From Perkinsus olseni (Eukaryota), in assembly GCA_013115125.1 (NCBI GenBank), contig JABANN010000012.1:1-64000 (forward strand): DNA of 64,000 bases, in the 5' to 3' direction. This document shows positions 45,687 through 58,779 of this stretch, one piece after another. Below the pieces are notes generated by a model that had not been told where the DNA came from, searched no databases, and worked only from the letters and a program-made list of their open reading frames with translations. Position 1 is the stretch's first letter; every line of letters begins with the position of its first letter. The translations under genes were made by a program, and so were the position numbers.

Positions 45687-48209
45687 TTAAAGACTCTGTC
45701 GAGCAGTACTACCACCAGCATCTATCACCTTTCTCTCACAACAGTCGACGTCCTTTGATATCTCATCCAAAGATTCCTGCTTTGAGATCGGCAGCTTCAC
45801 GTCATCTCTCCCCGCAGCAGAATTTGCCGACGTAGACGTGTTACATTCGTCCACTGCCCCTCCTTCCTTATCTGCTGAGTAGACGGTCCAGTCCGCCTTA
45901 GCATCATCTACGAATTCATGAGAGAGCTCCAAGATAGACCTCCGCTCCGCTGCTGTTATTCCCGTCCGCGATGGATCGATTTCCACTGGAGGGGGTGGTA
46001 TCATCTCATCGCACCCGATCTTCCCATAGATGTCCAAAGATGCTCGACAGATGGTCGGCCCCTTGGAGCCGTGGAAAAACACGAAAAGTTGCCACACTCT
46101 TCCGTTAACTGCAACGAAATGGTGGCGAACCTTGCAAGGCTTCCTGCTCTTCACTATCTCCACCAATCGAGAGTTGTCGATCGGCCCAGGATCGTCTGAC
46201 GTGTCCGCCAAACTCGGGCCATCGAGGTGTGCCTTCTTAATATAACTCTTCCAATTATTCACCCAAACAGCATCAACCATATACCAGTACTCGCCGTCCT
46301 TGATGTCCTTGGTGTCGTACTTAGTCACCAGCGCTTGCTCAGCCGCACGCCGTCGTAGATAGGCCTTAACGTAGTTACTACACTTCTCGCATGGCTCCAA
46401 GCTGCTCAGCAACGGCCCTCCACCATACAGCGTCTTAAGCTTCTTGCCAAACTCCAGCGGAACCGGAATATACCTCTGCTCGGCATCCTCCTTCTCAACC
46501 TCTGATACACATTTATCAGGGCATACCATAGTGTACGTACTGATAGGGCCTGGATGGCTCATATATTGCAGCTTCACCACCCACTGCCTCGGTATGTATA
46601 CCATTGGAGTGTCTCCAGGCGACTGGCCCTCTTGCACCGCTCTCAGGAGCTCAGCAACGACGTTGGCTCTAGCCGGACTCGCCACTTTCTGGTAGAACAG
46701 AACGTAAGCCTCAAAACCTGCAACTTGTGCAGAGTCAACCTTCGTAACCTTAGCATCATCATATTCCAACCACTCGTCGGTCTCTTCGTGACGACAATAA
46801 GCAACGTAATGGCCCGACCCGACTGAGCCAATGTGACGTATAAGTCCCGTCAAGCGATAGGCAGTAGTCTGATTACCAACACCACCCACTACCTCACTCC
46901 TGTTCGCCACCGCAGAAGCCGAATCCATGTGCATGAACTGCGCAATGTTCAGCTCCTCATCAACCGGGAAGGTCACCACGCGAGAGTTCTTCTGGCCAAA
47001 CCATCCTTCGTCATAGCGAAATCGGTTAAGGTGAATGACCAAAGTCTCAGGCGTGGAATAGAATCTTATGAATTTTCTACCGTCACACTTCTTCTTACAA
47101 AAATCACAATGATATTGTTCGCTACCAGTAAGCTCCTCATCCTGGCAGAACGTAGCCAAACAGTCATACAGTGAAACCTTAGCATCCCCAAGATACGCCC
47201 TGGCCGAACTCATCCACCCCCAAAAACCTCCGCACACTTTGGTCGACGGATTCGTACCCAAGGAACCACCAGAAAACTTCGTGAAGTCCACCGGTGCAGA
47301 CGGTATTGGTAAAGATACGTCGTAGACCGGCTCGATGGTAGTGCTAGTGTTGTTGCAATGCATACACCGCACTGTACTTATAAGTTTGCCCTGGAAAGCA
47401 TCGCTCACAGGACTTGACCAGGTCGTCTCCTCAGCCAACTTTTCGACAGAAGGCGGTGGATTAGGACTCCCTGAGCTCGCCTGATCACTAAAGGACTCCC
47501 TGTATTCCGAACCCGCGGCTTCTGAAGCAACGCTGGAGTATGCGGTCGGTGAAGGCAACTCTTCGGGCATGTGGACAGCAAGATACGCTTCCGGGTACTT
47601 CGGTACTCGTCTCCGCAATTCCTCATGCATAGCATCCAGAACGCAGCGAAGAAACTCCTGAGAATCTTGCTGATGGTAGCCCTGGAACGTCGGGTTAAGC
47701 GCTTGCACAGCCTTGAGCATCGCTTCCGGATTATACGCATCGGACGTCGCTCCCCTCTCGGGCGAATCCGTACTCCCCCATTGCTCTTCCATTATCGTCC
47801 GACAAGCCTCAACGAGCTGTCTGGCCGGTGGCAGCGAGCCATGGACCTTTGGCGCCGGCATGTTCCGTAGCGCCTTTTGAAGCGGTCCCGTATGAACGAG
47901 GCATTGTAATGCTGCGTTCATGAAGCAGGTATTACCCAAATTAAAGAAGCCTCTTGTCGCTCTCGTTGAAGAGCCGCTGTGCTCCCCTACAGTAGTAGTG
48001 GTATAGCTTCTACTCACAGCCCCTCCCTCGGGCAACGATAACGGGGAAGGCGTAGACCCCCCATTTGCCACCACTCGACCGCCGCCTCCTCCGTTGAGAG
48101 CCCTCGCCTGCTGATGGACCTTCACAGAGGCCTCCTCTTCTTCCTGTGTGACTGTACCAGTTGCCGTCACATTTCTGTCTGACTCTGAGGTCCGTGATGA
48201 TAATGACAT
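45687..48209 (-). CDS. Ubiquitin-specific protease (C19) with C-terminal DUSP domain(s), USP20/33-like (intronless)
   Basis: GFFNLGNTCFMNAALQCL, QQDSQEFL, GSVGSGHYVAYC, WLEYDDAKV, AYVLFY, then DUSP-like WVNNWKSYI...PGPIDNSRL. Start at MSLSSR inferred; the ORF is open to 48338. Confidence 0.93.
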   Translation of the reverse strand: MSLSSRTSESDRNVTATGTVTQEEEEASVKVHQQARALNGGGGGRVVANGGSTPSPLSLPEGGAVSRSYTTTTVGEHSGSSTRATRGFFNLGNTCFMNAALQCLVHTGPLQKALRNMPAPKVHGSLPPARQLVEACRTIMEEQWGSTDSPERGATSDAYNPEAMLKAVQALNPTFQGYHQQDSQEFLRCVLDAMHEELRRRVPKYPEAYLAVHMPEELPSPTAYSSVASEAAGSEYRESFSDQASSGSPNPPPSVEKLAEETTWSSPVSDAFQGKLISTVRCMHCNNTSTTIEPVYDVSLPIPSAPVDFTKFSGGSLGTNPSTKVCGGFWGWMSSARAYLGDAKVSLYDCLATFCQDEELTGSEQYHCDFCKKKCDGRKFIRFYSTPETLVIHLNRFRYDEGWFGQKNSRVVTFPVDEELNIAQFMHMDSASAVANRSEVVGGVGNQTTAYRLTGLIRHIGSVGSGHYVAYCRHEETDEWLEYDDAKVTKVDSAQVAGFEAYVLFYQKVASPARANVVAELLRAVQEGQSPGDTPMVYIPRQWVVKLQYMSHPGPISTYTMVCPDKCVSEVEKEDAEQRYIPVPLEFGKKLKTLYGGGPLLSSLEPCEKCSNYVKAYLRRRAAEQALVTKYDTKDIKDGEYWYMVDAVWVNNWKSYIKKAHLDGPSLADTSDDPGPIDNSRLVEIVKSRKPCKVRHHFVAVNGRVWQLFVFFHGSKGPTICRASLDIYGKIGCDEMIPPPPVEIDPSRTGITAAERRSILELSHEFVDDAKADWTVYSADKEGGAVDECNTSTSANSAAGRDDVKLPISKQESLDEISKDVDCCERKVIDAGGSTARQSL

Positions 48210-48572
48210 TACAAAAACAGCCACTGTAGGATCCGTAACATCACATGAAGATACTTTGCTATAGACGAGTGACTCCAACGCTATACTGGAGCTGCTCAAT
48301 CGCCAGAAAGGCAGCTCCGGGCGGCAGCCCTCAGCCACGCATACCGAGGAGGACTCTCAGGGGCAGATACGATTCAACTCAACGGGAGCCCACAGCAGGT
48401 TTCACCGGACGTCCTACAGCAACGCAAGCATCGGCACACTGTCGGGTATTCGACAGGCCGCGTAAACGCGTCACGCGCCACGAAATTACGCGCTCGCCCC
48501 TATCAGAAATTGACAACCAGGCACCTGTGTCTTCTTGTGAAACATCACAACTCAGAAACGATGACTCAGGCT

Positions 48573-51500
48573 TTAAGCCTCATGATAGAAGCGAGGCTTC
48601 TTCATAATCCCGAACAACGGTGGGCGCTCGGAACGTTCGAACCCTTCCAGCACGTCTCCCTCCTCGAGATCATCAAAGTCCTCGAAGAGGATACCTGGAG
48701 GTGAACCATCAGCCAACAACCCACTGGGCGGAATATATGATCCTACCTGCTTCCTGGCCCTTGGGGACTTGCTTCACAGTCATCCTGTCCACCGTTATAC
48801 TGCGCAGTTTCAACTGACACAACATATTAACACTACTTGTGAGAGAATCTTTCCTTGTGGAGGGACCTACCCCTTCTCGTACGACTTCGACTCGCGACGA
48901 GTCGCCGCCCACTTTCCTCAGTAGGTTATAGCTGACCTTATCCCCAGTAGTCGCCACACCATCTCGAAGAGTGGCTCGGCCAATCGTCCGAGTGCCCTCA
49001 CCCTTGATAAAGAACCTGTAGACGGGTACATCCCACGACTGTGCACGCCTGCTTCCTTACGGTGCAGGTTTGCCGAGGTTCAGTCGACACACTCGCGTCG
49101 AGATCTCGCGAGGACCATAATGGAAGTCATAAATGTCCTCCACGTCCTGGAACAACCTAAGTCCAGTACGATGAGAATCTCCAGCCGGCACCACAACGGT
49201 TGCGGTCACCTGTAGATGATCTCGCTGTGGCGCAGGACGAGATCAGCAGACCGCATCCTGTCTATGACGGCTTGCTTCGGTGGCTCTTGGAAGCTCAGGA
49301 TCTGATGCAGCCCACAGATACGTCGAACCCCAATATGGAGTGAGGTCCTTACGAATGATCCCGTCTGCTTGGCAAAGTCAACATCGTGATCTGTCGGCTG
49401 GCCCACGGAAGCTCCGGCTATGTAAAACGACCGCGAATGGGCGTACCTAGGATATGGCCATGACCCACTGGAGCCCCCAACGCAACGACCCTCACTCCTC
49501 GAGCCATGTACGAAGGACCTTCAGCTGGCCCTCAGAAGCGGCCTTGAGGATGATGCCAACCTGTCTATCCGTACCCTCAACCATCCGCTGAATCTGTTCT
49601 TCATCTCTGCAAGAGAGACGAGTCGACAACGTCTACCGAGGAGTCAACGAGACTCACTCATATTCTTTGAGGTCCATGTAGGTGTCCTTTTCTCGCCAGT
49701 CGTCAATCTTCCGCTGCATCGTAGGGTCGTTACGAGAGAGCACTTTCTTGATGTGCCTGACACTCATCGCTCCGCTACACCCGGGACGAGGATCTTCACT
49801 TTCCAGCTGCCCGCTCGCCCTGGTCCTGTGGTGTTGTCTTCAGCTCCTCTTGCATCCTGGTTAGCCTGGCGGACTTGGCGATCTCCTCGGCAACTCGCTG
49901 GTTAGGGTGAGCTTCCCTGAGCGGGACCATCAACAGCGGGTTCTGTGAAAACTCTCAAGGCCTCACAGTAGGTCCCCAGCGGATCCAACAACTCCGCCGT
50001 GCTTGGCACTCGTGATCGTCCACACCACAGAAATGTCCACAGCGTCAGACGGCACAGCCTCCTCGAGATCGCCTAAGGCAGCGTATGGGATATTGCCACG
50101 CACGCAGCGGCTGCTGCTCACCTTCATTGGGATAACTCTCACGGCCTGCATGCCATATGGTACGGACTCGTCCAGCATTCTCGCCGACCGTGACCCATTC
50201 GCCGACCTTCAGCGTCCCATCTCGCATCTGAAGAAGTCGGCTACGAACCGTCACACATCTCGCAGCCATCCCTACGACTAGATTGAGGATCCTCCCCTGG
50301 CGATGGTGGACACGTGCCTCCAATATGAAAGCCTTGGCCGGCATGCTCTGACGTGAAACTACGATGGGAGGAAGTAAGAAGTGACGGCGGTACCTTGTCG
50401 AACTCGAGCAAGGTCTCGTCCTTCTCGTCGATGACGGAGGCCTCGAGGAGCATGGCCTCCTCCAACTCAACCAGCCCTTCCTCTTTGGGCGCACATATTG
50501 GCACAACCTAAGAAGCACAAGGCAATCGCCGCAGTCATCGACTCAGGAAACTCGCCACATGACTATCTCAGTTCCGTACCTACCTGTACCGTGCCCCCCA
50601 GATTCTCGCTGACGAGGCCCAACCGCTCCTTCAGCTCTTTCTCTAGAGTCTGCACTCGATTCTCCTCGGCCTGAAAGCGTCCATGATCAGCCAGCGCTGA
50701 CCACCTCACTGCCTTACCTTATCAATCTTCGATATTGCCACTATGATAGGACACCCCGCTGCTCTAGCGTGATTCACAGCCTCTACTGTCTGCTGCCTAA
50801 TGCCATCATCAGCGGCAACCACTAGTATCTACCATGAAGCGAGACAAAGACGGCGAACGAACAGCAGACCAGTTTCGAGAACACACCCGTATGATTCTCA
50901 CGAACTTGATATCACTGTCCCCGCGGAGACCTACCACAATATCAGTGACATTAGCCCCTCTCTCCCGCATAGAAGAGAAGGCAGCATGCCCTGGTGTATC
51001 GATAAAGGTGATCCTCTCGGCAGTTGCAGGGCCCATCATAGTGAACGCTCCGACCTGAATCTTGAATGGCCCAAGGTCAGCACTAGAGGAGGCCCACCCT
51101 TTGAGTGATGCCACCAGCTTCTGCAGCTGCGATGTTACTCTTCCTCAGAGCATCCAGCAGAGTAGTTTTTCCATGGTCCTGAGTGAGATCGTCCACGACG
51201 TACGAACGAACACGAGATATCACGCGTCAGGAACATATCGAACACGTCTCGAATACGATCTCTCATACGAACACGTATAACGAACATATCGCCCACACGG
51301 AGCCACGTGGAGCACAAGTGAGGTACTCACCACATGTCCCATGACTGTGATGACAGGCGGTCGAACGCGGCCTTCCGCCCGACGCAGATGCTGTCGAAGG
51401 CTCCGACGAGTGAGCTCCTGACCTATAACGAGGCAATCAGACCATTATCGACTCGCATGACCCTAGGCGAACACAGCCAGATCGGCGAAGTAGGATAGAC

Positions 51501-52000
51501 TGACTCAGTGTCCAAGCGACGAAGTGAAGGGACCTAGCTCAGTTATAGCGGGAGACCCACGATGGAGCGTACTAATCGCTTCCGCCATATCCTCAGGATA
51601 ACGAGCTCTTGGCAGGAGGAGAAAATCATCTCTGAGCAGGTCAGCGACATCCTCAACCTAAGAACAAGCCTTGCCAGGGTTGACAACACCCGTGATGATA
51701 CTCACCTCCTCGACAGGTACCCGCAGTAGTTCAGCCAGCTCAGCTTTCGAATAACCCTGCACGTCCAGATCCCCTCGGTGACCGCTGGACCGCGTCCGCT
51801 TATCGTGGAACACCGACATGTCCAGGACAAATCGCTGGCGGGCTTCAGACCGAGGCTGATATCTAACAGTCGACCGCGGCCAAACTGCAGCATTCGCAAA
51901 GATACGAGCTTACGGTATGGCCGCCTCCGCCTCTGCCAGTTTCTCCTCCATTTCATTTCGAGCGGCTTCAGCTGCCTCCGCTACAGTGGCTTCATCCTCA
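48573..52000 (-). CDS. infB: Organellar (bacterial-type) translation initiation factor IF2, multi-exon; 5' end uncertain
   Basis: [88 protein letters not shown]. Confidence 0.9.
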
Positions 52001-52399
52001 TGGATTCCCCTACGCTTCTCTAGAGCTTTCTTCACTTGCTCTTGCAACTGAGCATTCAACATCGACCCTCACTTGAGAGTCTCAAGTTGAGACAGCTTGA
52101 TATAGATTTCCCCAACTGTGGTGATCGGGTATCCATATTCACATTCTTGTGCGCGCAAATTCTTCAAACAGACTAAAAAACTAGGACCTCTGGGTGAAGC
52201 CCGAGTCATAGTTTATAGTAAGTGTCGCTAGGACAATCTCGATTTTTCACAACGAAATCGTACGCACAATACAGTGGCCGTTAGAAAGTGAATTTAGAGT
52301 GGCGAGAGATTGAGGAGAAAAGCAGCGAAACTGTCCCCATCACCCTCACCTTCTGCTCCATAGCACGGACCTTCGACTCCTTATGCTCCATTATCTCCA

Positions 52400-53600
52400 C
52401 ATGGCTCTGATACCTGATAAGCCACACGCCTGCATCACTCGACAGTTCCGGAACATCGCAACAACAGGGACATCATCTCAAAGCCCGAGCTACTCCACCA
52501 AAGAAATCCCACCTTACTTCCCAGCGACACCCCATTCCTCCAGCCTCTCAGCGACAGCTCCATAGGAGGTGCGACTGAAACAGAGTGAGCAGCCCCATCT
52601 CCTATAACATCCACAGCTTCAATGGTCATGCCAGAGTACTCGAATATGAACTGGCTGATGGCGTCCTCGTCCTTCAAATGCTTATCAAGAGCGTTGAGGT
52701 CGAGAGAGGTGTTCGACAGGCGGCTCTTGTAAACACGCTCGACGGCAGCTGAGGGAAGTTGGAATGCCATGAAGGGCGCCAGGACTGCCGTGAGTCTCAC
52801 CAGGCTGCATCGCTGCCAGTGAACGAAGGTCGTAGTATCTGGACGGTGAGCGACGCACTTCCCCTTCAGGAGGATTGATGGCAATTGAGTGCTGCTCCAT
52901 GGCCTTCGCCGCCAGGACCCAACTGAGTTCGGCTGAGACAAGATACTAACAATGGCTCTTAAAACATTGTGCCTACTGCGCTTCTCTGGGTCTTGGCGAC
53001 ACAGCCGAAGAAGCCGGTTGAAGCACTGAACAAGAGCACCGTTGCGTGAGGGGATTTAGCCTTCCGGTACCTCTTCAGCATCTACAGTTGAGGTCCCTTC
53101 AAGCTCTTTATTGGCCTCTATATTATCCCGTCGACTGAAGTAGGTGAGATCCTCCCCGTAATGGCCACGACCTGTGGTCACGATCCTTCACGCCAATCCT
53201 GAGCGCGTCTACCTGTATCCGGATCGAGCATGCAATTCCTTGTGTACTGAGCCTGCCTTATGATCCTTACCATCATTCGTCCGTACTTCACATACCTGAG
53301 CGAAGAACAACCTGCGGGCTTTCCGATTGAATTCCCTGCAGAAGTTCCACAACGGTATACCAAGTGATAATTTTGGTGAGATAGGGCAGCGCGCGATCTC
53401 CACCTCCCCCCTCCCCCTCCCTACGCTTCCTCGGCATCCCTCAAAACCGTATGCACCTGCGTCAGGTACTTGAGTAGACCCGATAAGTTGTTCTGGCGGA
53501 AAAGGGTATTGATAGTCGCCACCTCGTGATCAAGAAGAACCTGACCGAGCGAGTACAAAGCTCTGGAGACCAGTCCAACACAGCATCATAATAGCCGACG
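52400..53600 (-). CDS. Multi-exon coding region; possible uL11-like segment or IF2 N-terminal extension
   Basis: Exon LSLGIPLWNFCREFNRKARR resembles uL11 GxNIxxFCKEFNxxT; other exons unassigned. Confidence 0.3.
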
Positions 53601-53761
53601 GACGAAAATCGAGTGAGCATGACGAGTAGGCTTTTCACTGGTCGTGCAAATCTGATTTTGACGGCTCGAACTCTTTTCACTGAGACCACTTCAAGCCGTC
53701 AAACCCGAAGAGGGAATCTTGACAGCCCGAAATCTCTCGAACAATAGCCAGTGACTAGATG

Positions 53762-56435
53762 TTACCGCTGGAATCGCCCTCCTCTCACCCCGGTCGGATC
53801 CGTGAGCTCTCTCTCCATCGCAGGAGGGATGACACGTGCCGTCCAATGCTCCTTGAACAGGTCCAGGCATCGTTGCATCGGCATGTAGTAGGACAACTCA
53901 GACAACGGCGTCTCCTTCACTTCCTTAGTCGGGACGGCTGCAGCCGCCGCCGACTTCTCCTTGCCGGCCAGCAACTTCTCAAGTTCCGAGGTACTGGATA
54001 CAGCACATCTAGCACCACGCGAGCTCCGAGTCTCGGAGAGGCCCTCACCTGTAGCTGACAAGACCATCCAATTGCACCGCCATGCGTGACCATGTCTGAT
54101 GCCTGAGGGGCAAGAAGGGCCCGGTAGAGTAACAAGGCTAAGACTCAGGACAGCCTTACTCTGCAACAAGCATCTCGACATTAGCCGGGTCCAAGAAGTA
54201 CTCGTTGAACTTCTCCATCGGCACATGCAGTCTCATAACCTCCCCACGTACCATCTTGGTCGTAGATTCTGTAGAAACGCTAGTCCAGGGGCGCAAGTCA
54301 GGAGGCCCACCACCCACCAAGGTCCCTCCGGATCAACGACACCGGATCCACTAGTCTGGATGGAGCCCGCTGCTGCCGCCTGCCCCCCGTCGGGGACAGG
54401 GCAGCCTTGTGCAGCTTACATGCCTTCAGCACTGCCCCCCAAGGAAGCGCCTCTGAAAACTTCGTGTCAAATCTAACCCACCTCAGTCGATACTACCTGC
54501 TGTGCTCGGATCAACCCTGCACAATCTACACAAGCGCCCGAAGAGCTGACAATGAAGAGAGGATGAGAGGGGCGGTGCGGCGACCAAGCATTCTCACCAG
54601 TTTGGCATGGAGCTCGCTCTCTATGCTCTCAACATACGGCACGACTGCCGTGAAATCGCTAAGGTACATCTCCCCCTTCTCCGCACCGGGAAGGGGTCGT
54701 CTATTATTAGCGGCATCCACAAGACTACACATCTGACAGCCTGCCGCCACATACCTAATCACACTCTTTTACTACATGTTCGAACCCTCGTCACGACTTA
54801 CAGCTCATTATGATGGCTCAAATTACTGTGAATACGATAGAGCCACGTGAGAGTGTCGATGAGCATGTCAGCCTCGATGCGCTTAGTAAGCTCCTCCCTT
54901 TCCCAAGGCAGGAGTATCTGTCCGTCGAGCAATTCGCCGATGCTGCGCTCTGCCCCGAACTACCCAGCTAACGTCGCCTTCAGCATTCTCCTTGCGCCCG
55001 GCTGGGGGAATTATCCGAGGCCTCCAACACTCTACGAAAAGGCGCTGCAGCCTGTCCATGAGCTCCTGATGCTGTCGCTCCTCCAACGGCACTGCTACGA
55101 ACCGAGCGTTCTCTGCCTCTCTGGCTGCCAGCCGAGCTGAGTGGGAGAGGACTGCCGGGTATCCGCGGAGATGGTTGATGCCCCAGTCCCAATAACAGCA
55201 GCCCCTGCAGTTATTCTATCGGTCATCGAATTAGAGCTAGAACAACAGACACAGAACAACGACCCCGCCGCAGGAGGGGTTTGATGTTGTCGCCGATTTC
55301 CTTGAAGCCCCGAAGATTTGACTAAAGCATGTGTCAGGCTGAACCATTACCCGCTTTAAGCTGACGCTCCTCGGCCTGCCGTTCCAGCATAGCCTTCAAC
55401 CGCTCTCTCCGCAGACGAGGATCCGCCAAACGTTCAGGATGCAGCCAATAGAAACTGTTCCCACAATGAAGCTCTGAGAGTACCCCGATAGGACATACCC
55501 ATCGGGGTCAAGGTCAGCCTCTGTGAGCTTTTGGGCATTCGAGGAGACCACGCTTTGAGCGGGCAGCTCAAAGTCCTCTCCCAGTAGCTCCTCCACGCTG
55601 AAGGACCGTACCTTCGGGGACGTCTCCAGCTCACCCGAGTCCCATATGAGGTCCTCACTTGAAGTTCGGCAGCATCAGGTCGACGCTCTAGTATTCGAAA
55701 CATCTTTCCTACATGAGCCTGCCTCGAGGCCTCGAGCGACTCATGTAGCAAAAACATCGGCACTTTGCCCGCTTTTGAAACGATGGCGAGCAGCCAGGAT
55801 ATGCCAATGCGGCCAACTAAAGCACATTCGTCCTTTCTAATGTCCGACTGTGAACGAATCTTGAGAAAACATGAGGCCTGTTGACCCACCTCCTCCCTCC
55901 GGGTGAGCCCCACTCTCCCCCTCATTAACTTGACCACTCTCAATCTGCTGCATCAGAGCATTGTGGACATCCACTTCGCATTCCGTTGGAGTCGGGTCTT
56001 CCAAGAGGTACTACGGCAAAACATTCTCTATGATTTACTCCTCGAGGACGCTGGAGCCGTATCGGCAGCAGCGAATCATGCCCGGAGACCCATTGCACAG
56101 ACATACCTCATCAGGCGGTCGCCTCCACCCAGCCGCAGCATATCCAACGGGTTTATGTGCACCCTCGATGAGAATTCTTTTCCGGGTCTGAAAACCATTC
56201 TCTACTTTACCGTGAGGATTCTCATCGCAGACTTCGACTCATTATATCCCCCGTGTACGCTATGCTTGAACTCCTATCACTACCTCAGTAGGATGGTGGC
56301 TCTGGGAATCGCAACCAATGTCGATCATCCCTTCTATAATGACCTTTCGACGAGGCTGCTTCTCAGAACCCCTGTTGTACTCTAGACTATCGTACCTGTC
56401 CGTACGGATATCCCCGGGATATCAAGTAGACCCAT
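53762..56435 (-). CDS. Hypothetical multi-exon protein with internal repeated motifs
   Basis: Regular exon/short-intron pattern; repeated motifs LFVECWRPRIIPPA / LFKEHWTARVIPPA and RRKVIIEG / RKRILIEG. Confidence 0.5.
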
Positions 56436-58779
56436 CGTAGTACACCGTAAGGGAGGGGCTGCTTGGATTCAGAAGACGTTGAGCGTGGTGCGCTGCCGAC
56501 AGTTGAACCCCTCGCCTCCCGCCAGGCATGCATCAATTCAACTTCACTGAATTACAACTCCCGTGCCCCATGAGTGACTACAAACTCAACAACACTCCAT
56601 TCTAGAGCCCCCGCTGCAAGCGGATTGCACTTGTCCATGAGGCTACTTCCTCTCTAACAGTCATAGTTTTTAGGGTGTAGCACCACGTCTTGAAATTCTG
56701 GCGCTGCCTCAACTGAAGGCGCTCACCAGAAGCGTACAAGTACAAGAACAAATGAAATTCTCAGTGCGATTTGAATAGGGTTACCTCTGACAGCAATGCC
56801 GATGCATCACCAGAGAGACTCTCTTCCAGTAGCATCGAGACAGACGCTGCGTATCGTGTTGGATTTATGAAGTCCACAATACCGCCCTATGATAGATAAA
56901 AGTGATAATGCTGGTGCGTCGCCATTGGCAACGATGCAAGACCCACTTCAGAGGCGTGCCTGAATCAAGTTGATATGGCTGAAACAATGAACGGAGTTGG
57001 CTTCGATGCGACCTTAGTAATACGAGTTCCATTATATGAAGCAGTTTCCGGCGACTTGTTGCCACTATTTAATGAGTTCGACACACAATTTTATCCTCCA
57101 AAGGCCCAAATACAACACCGAAGTTCATGATGAAGAGAAACTATCAATTGCCCGATTATAAAATGCTCATTCAGAGGACACGGTTTACGATGTCGGTCAA
57201 TACTACCAAGGGTGAGTTGTCGTCCACGTCCTAGACGGCGTCGAATTTTACGGACGTTATCTCGATTAACGCAACTGCCTTCTACCAACTTCTCCTCGGA
57301 CAATCGCCTGGCGTTACTGCGAGTCCATAACAGTCCACTTCTGAGCCAGGATAAGACTCTAGCCAGTCTCTTCGTCCACGAATCCTGCCTCGTGAATTCC
57401 CCTCTACCACGAGTCGTCGATCAGCTTAGTGAAGAAGCCTCGCGCTAGGCTTCTCAGGCTTAGAGCCTCAGCTTGGTGGAGGTTCCATCCGATCGCCGGT
57501 CGTGCTACCACGGAAACTAGACGGCAGCAGAATCCATAGCAACGCGTCTTTCATCCATTCGCAGCGAGGCTCGGGTTCTTTGGAATACGGATCAGTGAGG
57601 TAAATGTATCGCTGAAAACTTCATCTGCAACTTAATGAAAAGGAGTTGTGTAATGACGGCGTAATTATGACGCTACGCAGAACCTGTAAGATGACTCCAC
57701 ATTTGGGGCGGTACGTGAACTAGTGAACTCTATCGTGACGATGCGGCGAGCTGCCTCCCTCATATTTGGATTTTTGAGCCGAATACGAAAGAGCCTGGAT
57801 AAGCTCGAAACGTGCCGATTTCTCAACCGTGGGCAAAATGCTCACGCCTTGAGCTGCTTGATTTACCCCGGTATATTACCAGAAATTCACGCGCACCCTC
57901 CTTATCGTCCAGACTGGATGATCCAGCTGCTGGGTCAATGCTCCTCGTGGGCCACGAGGCATGGTTGACAACGTTAAAAAGTCCCTACTAAGAACTCACT
58001 GAATGGTAGCTCGTCTTGAGAGCTGTTCCCAACTCGGAAGCATTTCTTCGAGTCATCCGAAGTATCGGCTGACGGAAGATGGGAAACCCCTTGTCGAAGG
58101 TGGCAGAAAAGTCTCGCTGACTTGACTTCAGGGTCACAACGAGGAATATTGTCACTGAAGATGATTCACCGAACCTGGAATGTTGACCAATAGAAGGGAT
58201 CCTGCGTTTCAGGCACGAGAATCCCAAGAAGAAAAGAAATTCTATTACAGACTTTGTATTATAGAACCGCTGATAGTATCAGCCAGGTACATAGAGTCGC
58301 TGTGATATCTTGTTCAACCTTGCCCTTCCTCAACGAGGATACGCCACCATAGTCGAAGCTTCTCTACTTCATTGATCGTAGTAAACTTGGAGACACTGCG
58401 CACACAAAAAGTTGATCGAGCTCAAATCTTTCCATCCGAGGCCTCTATTCGCTCATCACCTTACGCTCGAAGATTCGAGTCGAAATCTATCGATAGCTCT
58501 AGCCTGGGCACCAGTCGACTCACCAGCGATTGGAGTTCCGTGTAACAGTTTCCTCTCTGGTTCATTCGCTCGAAGACGCAGAGTTACTGCCCAGCCGAAG
58601 ATGGCATTTTTAGCAGGACTTCGTTTTCTCTAGCGATTAACGCACATCGTTTTGGGGGTAACTTGGATGCTGAAGTACTCTAGCAAGCCGTGGGAAGTTT
58701 TTCTCGTCAGAACGACAAATCAGGCGATACATGCTGGGATGTTCCGTCGATAGATTCTACTTATTTGATTATTCCGACT

